A stretch of 13,219 nt of DNA, taken from an uncultured Janthinobacterium sp. Its GTDB lineage: Bacteria; Vulcanimicrobiota; Vulcanimicrobiia; Vulcanimicrobiales; Vulcanimicrobiaceae. Below, piece by piece: positions 8,920 to 13,219 of the stretch (its first letter is position 1; each line of letters starts with the position of its first letter). A program made the translations under genes and the position numbers. Location of the stretch: positions 1 through 13,219 of the forward strand of contig CAZZXB010000001.1 of the NCBI GenBank assembly GCA_964658025.1. The letters run 5' to 3'. The notes beneath the pieces were generated by a model. It was not told the DNA's origin. It worked only from the letters and a program-made list of their open reading frames with translations, and did not search any database.

Positions 8920-9840
8920 TTATGCGTGGAGCGGCGTCGCCCCCGTCGGCGCGTCGTACGCGAACGACGCGAGGATCTTCTCGCCGTCCGCGCCCGCGAG
9001 GAAATCGACGAACGCTCGCGCCGCGGATCTTCGCGCGGACGCGGCGAGCACCGCCGCATAGTAGACGAGCGGTTCGGGGCGGTACGTTCTCTCGCCGAGC
9101 ACGAGCGACGTCGCCGCGTAGCGATCGCGCATCGACGCGTCGCCGAGATCGATCTCGTGCGGCAGGGAGAGGTACGGTAGATCGAAGGGCCCCGGCTGGA
9201 TCTTGTAGGCCGAGGCGACGTCGAGTTCGCCGCTCTGCAGGCGCGCCTGCACCGTCGGCTCGTCGAAGATCTGCGCGGGATTGATCGTCTCGCCGAGGAT
9301 CTTCCGCGCGAGGCCGGGCCGCGCGTAATACGTTTCCGCTAATTGCAGCGTGAAGATGATGTTGCGCCCCTGGGGATCGACCGTCGGATCGGTCCGACCG
9401 AAACGGATGTCGGCCTGCTCGAGGATCTGCCACCACGGCATCGCGTGTTTTTTTCCCGCGGCGGCATCGGCGAGCGCACCCGCATATTTGCTCTTCGGGC
9501 TAAACGCGAGGACCATCTCCGTGCGGGCGATCGGGACGGCCGTTTCCGCTTTTCCCGCCTCGAGGACGGCGCGCATCGGTGCCGGCGTCACGGGGACGAA
9601 CACGTCGGGCGAGAGGCTCCCGCCGACGATGAGCTTCGCGAGCGCATCCGAACCGAGCGCGCGCCCGCGCATGTCGATTCTGAGCGCGCTCGCGACGCCC
9701 GCTTTGATCGGGCCCTCCATCATCGACCCCATCGAGCCCGCATACGCGACGTCGAGCGGTTGGAGCGTTTGCGCGCGGAGCGACTGCGTTCCGGCCACGA
9801 TCGAAGCACCGGTCCCGAGGGCGAAGAGGCGGCGATTCAC
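8920..9840 (-). CDS. Molybdate/tungstate ABC transporter substrate-binding protein, WtpA/archaeal ModA-like, with a twin-Arg signal
   Basis: N-terminal MNRRLFAL followed by a hydrophobic stretch. Motifs YAGSM, LGS, FGRTDPTVDPQG, DEPTVQARLQSGELD..SAY and LPHEIDL resemble the WtpA class. It is the first gene of the ABC operon. Confidence 0.8.
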   Translation of the reverse strand: MNRRLFALGTGASIVAGTQSLRAQTLQPLDVAYAGSMGSMMEGPIKAGVASALRIDMRGRALGSDALAKLIVGGSLSPDVFVPVTPAPMRAVLEAGKAETAVPIARTEMVLAFSPKSKYAGALADAAAGKKHAMPWWQILEQADIRFGRTDPTVDPQGRNIIFTLQLAETYYARPGLARKILGETINPAQIFDEPTVQARLQSGELDVASAYKIQPGPFDLPYLSLPHEIDLGDASMRDRYAATSLVLGERTYRPEPLVYYAAVLAASARRSAARAFVDFLAGADGEKILASFAYDAPTGATPLHA

Positions 9841-9879
9841 GGGGGATACGTACCGTCCGATCGTGTCGGCGGCCTGCGC

Positions 9880-10347
9880 TCAGGCGCGCGCGATCGTCGC
9901 CGCGAAGCATCCGCGCTTCGCATAATGCGCCTGAACTTCGGCGACCTCCGGATCGGAAAAGAGTCGCTCCACGAGCGTCTCGAACTTCCGACCCTCGACG
10001 AGATCGGCGTCGCGCATCATGCCTCGCGCGTCGAAAGCGCGCAGCGACATCGTGCGGATGCGAAAGGCTTCGGGGACTTCGCCGACGCGGTCGAACCGTT
10101 CCGCGGGCCGCGCGAGCACGAAGATCGCGTGACTCGCACGATAGACGGTGTCGGCGGGTTGGTGGACGTAGTTCACGAGCAGCGCGGGCTCGCCGACCGC
10201 GAGATCGCGCAACGTCACGCGATCGGGAAACCCCGGTTCGGCGTCGACGACGCAGCGGATCGCGCCGCGTTCGGCGAGTTCCGCATCCGAGCGGTCGAAG
10301 AGATGGGCGAAGGATTCGGAGGCGAGCCCCGTTATGCGAAAGTCCAT
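9880..10347 (-). CDS. DUF1203 domain-containing protein
   Basis: 155 aa from ATG 10347, the C-terminal part of ORF 9880..11436: PGFPDRVTLRDLAVGEPALLVNY...YRASHAIFV...SLRAFD..GMM..A...LFSDPEV..VQAHYAKRGCFAA. The family was recognised from memory of its pattern. Confidence 0.8.
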   Translation of the reverse strand: MDFRITGLASESFAHLFDRSDAELAERGAIRCVVDAEPGFPDRVTLRDLAVGEPALLVNYVHQPADTVYRASHAIFVLARPAERFDRVGEVPEAFRIRTMSLRAFDARGMMRDADLVEGRKFETLVERLFSDPEVAEVQAHYAKRGCFAATIARA

Positions 10348-10354
10348 GGGTCGC

Positions 10355-10464
10355 ACGATAACCCGGAGGAAGGCGCGCCGCGTTCCGATCTTTGCGCGGA
10401 CGTTCTCGGACCCCGATGCGGGCGCAAGCGGCGGAGCGACGCGACGCCCGCGGCGTCGTAGGAT
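10355..10464. promoter_or_regulatory. Divergent promoter pair with two inverted Ada-box-like sites
   Basis: Plus strand: GAT-N6-GCAA (10415-10427), N4, CGGA, then TAGGAT (10459-10464). Minus strand: AAC-N6-GCAA (10404-10392), N4, CGGA, then TATCGT (10360-10355). In both, 31 nt separate GCAA from the -10 hexamer. Confidence 0.6.
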
Positions 10465-10473
10465 CGGAGGATC

Positions 10474-11508
10474 GTGAACGATTCCGAACGCTACGACATC
10501 ATCCGGCGCCGCGAGAACGACCCGACGTTCGTCTTCGGCGTGACGACGACGCGGATCGCCTGCCGCTCGGGATGTCCCGCGCGGACCCCGCTCGCCCGCA
10601 ACGTCGTTTTCTTCGACGACATCGAGACCGCGCGAACGGCGGGATATCGGCCCTGCAAGCGATGCGCGCCGGGCGAACCGACGGTGGACGACGAGCGGCG
10701 CGAGCTCGTGACGCGCGCGTGCGCTCGCTTCGACGCCGACGCCGACGCGTCGCTCGACGAGGTCGCGCGCGACGTGGGCCTGAGTCGCTTTCACTTCCAA
10801 CGCATCTTTCGCGAGATCGTCGGACTCACGCCCGGCCGCTATCGCCGGACGCTGCGCGATCGACGCTTCCGCGCGAGCCTCGCGGACGGCGAACCCGTCG
10901 CGCGCGCCATGCACGATGCGGGCTTCGGCTCGTCGAGCCGCGTGCACGAAGCCGATCCGTTCGGCATGACGCCCTCCGCGTTCCGCGAGGGCGCGGCGGG
11001 AGAGCGGATCGTCTTCGCCACGGCGGCCTGCACGCTCGGACGCGTCCTCGCCGCCGCGACGACGCGCGGCATCTGCGCGATCGAACTCGGCGACGACGAT
11101 GCGACCGTCCTCGCGCTTCTCGAACGTGACTTCCCGCGCGCGACGATCGAACGCGACGACGCGCGGCTCGCCGAGCGTTTGCGAAGCGTCGTCGCGCTCG
11201 TCGACGGGGCGACGCCCGCCGCGGATCTCGCGCTCGACATCCGGGGCACGGCCTTCCAACGCCGCGTCTGGGAGGCGTTGCGGCAGATCCCGACGGGCGC
11301 ACGCCGCACGTACGGCGAGCTCGCGGCGACGCTCGACGCCGGCGGCCCGCGCGCGGTCGCGAACGCCTGCGCGCGCAATCCGATCGCGATCGCCGTACCG
11401 TGCCACCGCGTCGTCGGCGCCGACGGTGCGTTGCACGGTTACCGCTGGGGTCTCGCGCGAAAGGCCTCGCTCTTGCGCCGCGAACGCCGCATCGTGGAAG
11501 AGCGCTGA
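10474..11508 (+). CDS. ada: Bifunctional transcriptional activator / O6-methylguanine-DNA methyltransferase Ada
   Basis: Zn-binding N-domain CRSGC...GYRPCKRC, an AraC-type HTH (GLSRFHFQRIFREIVGLTP), and a C-terminal MGMT domain GTAFQRRVWEALRQIP...RAVANACARN...PCHRVV...YRWG. Confidence 0.95.
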   Translation: MNDSERYDIIRRRENDPTFVFGVTTTRIACRSGCPARTPLARNVVFFDDIETARTAGYRPCKRCAPGEPTVDDERRELVTRACARFDADADASLDEVARDVGLSRFHFQRIFREIVGLTPGRYRRTLRDRRFRASLADGEPVARAMHDAGFGSSSRVHEADPFGMTPSAFREGAAGERIVFATAACTLGRVLAAATTRGICAIELGDDDATVLALLERDFPRATIERDDARLAERLRSVVALVDGATPAADLALDIRGTAFQRRVWEALRQIPTGARRTYGELAATLDAGGPRAVANACARNPIAIAVPCHRVVGADGALHGYRWGLARKASLLRRERRIVEER

Positions 11509-11601
11509 ATCTGCCGGATGCGACGCGATGCGACCGGGCGAGATCCGACCGGCCGGTAGCGCGAACGGCGAAGGGCGATGGCGAGCCCGACCGGCGCCCG
11601 A

Positions 11602-11640
11602 GAAAAGAAAAGCGAGCCGCCGGAGCGACTCGCTTTTCTT
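11602..11640. terminator. Bidirectional intrinsic terminator between convergent ada and the secreted-protein gene
   Basis: AAGAAAAGCGAGCCGC-CGGA-GCGACTCGCTTTTCTT, with 16-nt arms and one mismatch. On the minus strand the mismatch becomes a G-U pair, the loop is a UCCG tetraloop and the tail reads UUUUCUUUU. Confidence 0.85.
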
Positions 11641-11661
11641 CGTTTCGGAACGGTCGGCGAG

Positions 11662-12312
11662 TTAGTGGTAGGCCGCGAGCTTCACGGTCGTGAGACCGAG
11701 CTTCTGCGCGAGATCGTAGTGCGCTTGATCGGCGATCCGATGGTAGTTCGCATCGGCCTTCGGGCCGTATTGCGCGTCGATCGCGCCCATCACGGCTTCG
11801 TGGATCTTGTGGCTCACGAGCTTGTCGAGCATCGCGCCCTCGTAGTAGGTCCCGTCTTCGAGGCCGTGCTTCGTGATCCGCGCCGCGAGGGCGGTTCCGG
11901 TGATCGAGGGAGCCGGAAATTTCACGCCGGCGGCCGTCGCGTCGCGGACCGCTTCGTCGACCGCGAAATTCTGTACTTTCACGAAGCTCGCGACCTTGCC
12001 CGGACCGTACTGACGCGTGAGTTTGAGCACTTCGGCATTGGCGAGCTTGTTGCCGGCCAGCACGCGCAGCGCGCGCACGATCGAGAAGTGTTCCGCCGCG
12101 CCGCCCGCGGCGACGAGCGAACTCGCGGCGACGAGATCGGGCGCGCCGTTATAGGGAATCCCGTCGGCACCCATGGTGCCCATCGGCATGCCGTGCGACA
12201 TCCCCGTGCCCATCGACATGCCGTTCATCGCGACGGTCGACGTGGGGTGCGCCAGAACGGCGGTCGGCGCGAGCGCCGCCATCAGGACCGGCGCGAGTAA
12301 TTTCTTGAACAT
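11662..12312 (-). CDS. Secreted hypothetical protein with a Met-rich N-terminal tract and several His residues
   Basis: AGGAG SD upstream of ATG 12312, Sec-type signal MFKKLLAPVLMAALAPTAVLA, then HPTSTVAMNGMSMGTGMSHGMPMGTMG. 216 aa, followed by a terminator. Confidence 0.85.
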   Translation of the reverse strand: MFKKLLAPVLMAALAPTAVLAHPTSTVAMNGMSMGTGMSHGMPMGTMGADGIPYNGAPDLVAASSLVAAGGAAEHFSIVRALRVLAGNKLANAEVLKLTRQYGPGKVASFVKVQNFAVDEAVRDATAAGVKFPAPSITGTALAARITKHGLEDGTYYEGAMLDKLVSHKIHEAVMGAIDAQYGPKADANYHRIADQAHYDLAQKLGLTTVKLAAYH

Positions 12313-12501
12313 TCGAACTCCTAAGAGACTTGCGTCTAGCCCATTCGTAACGTTTCGCGACGAGATCTGGATGGAATCGCGGCGCTCGAACGTTCGAGCG
12401 AGATCGATCCGCGAAGATTCGGTACGCGAAGAGCGCGGTAAATCGTGAAGAGGCGGGTACGGATGCGTACGCAAGACACACTTCGAGAGGATCGTAAAAG
12501 C

Positions 12502-13029
12502 TTGAAACGCAGTTCAGCCCTACCGCTCGTCGGAATCGCCGGATTCGCCCCACTCGTCGCGGCGCGCGGCGCGCTCGCCGCCGCCACGCAGACGACGTCC
12601 GCCGCGGATCGTGCGTTCGTCGCGAAAGTCTCGCAAGGCGGCATGTACGAAGTCGAAGCGAGTAAAGTCGCACGCCAGAAGGCCGTCGCGCGCGACGTGA
12701 ACGACGTCGGCGTCACGGAGGTTCACGATCACGAACTCGTCGGCGCGAAACTCAAATCGATCGCGACGACGCTCGGGCTTCCGTTTCCATCGGCGCTGAA
12801 CGCCGCGTTCGCGGCGAGGCTCGCGAAGCTCGAGAGCCTCTCGGGGCCGGCGTTCGATCGCGCGTACATCGTCGAGATGGATGCCATCCACGCGATCGAC
12901 GTGAAAGCGTTCGAGATCGAAGCGGCGTCGGGCACGAATCCCGCGTTACGGGCGTTCGCGACGGAGACCGTCGTCATCGTGAAACGCCACATCGGCGCGC
13001 TCCACGCCGTCCCGCTTCCGGTCGCGTAA
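12502..13029 (+). CDS. DUF4142 domain-containing exported protein (ferritin-like fold)
   Basis: TTG 12502 follows GAGGA (alternative starts at 12445 and 12463). Signal-like N-terminus, then SAADRAFV....GGMYEVEASKVA...DH....KL and LSGPAFDRAYI..M...H...F......G.NPALRAFA......RH, typical of DUF4142. Confidence 0.85.
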   Translation: MKRSSALPLVGIAGFAPLVAARGALAAATQTTSAADRAFVAKVSQGGMYEVEASKVARQKAVARDVNDVGVTEVHDHELVGAKLKSIATTLGLPFPSALNAAFAARLAKLESLSGPAFDRAYIVEMDAIHAIDVKAFEIEAASGTNPALRAFATETVVIVKRHIGALHAVPLPVA

Positions 13030-13074
13030 CGATCCTCGTTCGCCGCGCGACCGCGGCTCCGAGCCTCGCGATCT

Positions 13075-13150
13075 TGGAGCCGACGCGCGGATTTGAACCG
13101 CGGACCTGCTGATTACGAATCAGCTGCTCTACCAACTGAGCTACGTCGGC
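13075..13150 (-). tRNA. tRNA-Thr(CGT)
   Basis: Reverse complement GCCGACGTAGCTCAGTTGGTAGAGCAGCTGATTCGTAATCAGCAGGTCCGCGGTTCAAATCCGCGCGTCGGCTCCA, 76 nt. It has acceptor stem GCCGACG/CGTCGGC, anticodon loop TTCGTAA, T-loop GTTCAAAT and an encoded CCA. Confidence 0.97.
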
Positions 13151-13219
13151 ATCACGAGAATGCGGGCGCCCCTCGGGCCGAAGCGATCGTTTCGGGAGGC
13201 GGCTCGAAGACCCCCTTCT

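Noticed and set aside
10348..11436. 518-aa ORF apparently extending DUF1203
   Set aside because: The extension is antisense to ada. The real gene starts at ATG 10347, just after a -10 element.
12169..12228. GGCATG-like short repeats as a tandem repeat or CRISPR
   Set aside because: They simply encode the Gly-Met-rich peptide and show no repeat-spacer structure.
12346..12357. 12-mer CGTAACGTTTCG shared with 4302-4313
   Set aside because: The second copy lacks the left palindrome arm. Two occurrences are not enough to claim a shared operator.
13030..13150. tRNA-Thr 3' end as the integration site of a genomic island
   Set aside because: I found no integrase, no duplicate of the tRNA 3' end by eye, and no evident compositional break in the window.

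Overview
GC-rich (roughly 70%) bacterial chromosomal segment; the composition is reminiscent of Eremiobacterota/Vulcanimicrobiota, which is an unverified impression. From left to right: the 5' end of a lipoyl-domain gene (probably aceF) and aceE (PDH E1) on the minus strand; an MFS transporter, a GntR/FCD regulator, a CPBP intramembrane protease and a coupled GT87-like membrane glycosyltransferase on the plus strand; a molybdate/tungstate ABC operon with a WtpA-type binding protein and a DUF1203 gene on the minus strand; ada on the plus strand; a bidirectional terminator; a secreted Met/His-rich hypothetical protein (minus) divergent from a DUF4142 gene (plus); and tRNA-Thr(CGT) (minus). I saw no mobile element or CRISPR array. 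The best lead is the DUF1203/ada intergenic region, which holds two mirror-image Ada-box-like promoters with identical spacing and suggests DUF1203 is an unrecognised member of the alkylation adaptive response. Other leads are the secreted protein, whose predicted mature N-terminal His and Met-rich tract make it a candidate copper binder, and the translationally coupled CPBP + GT-C pair.
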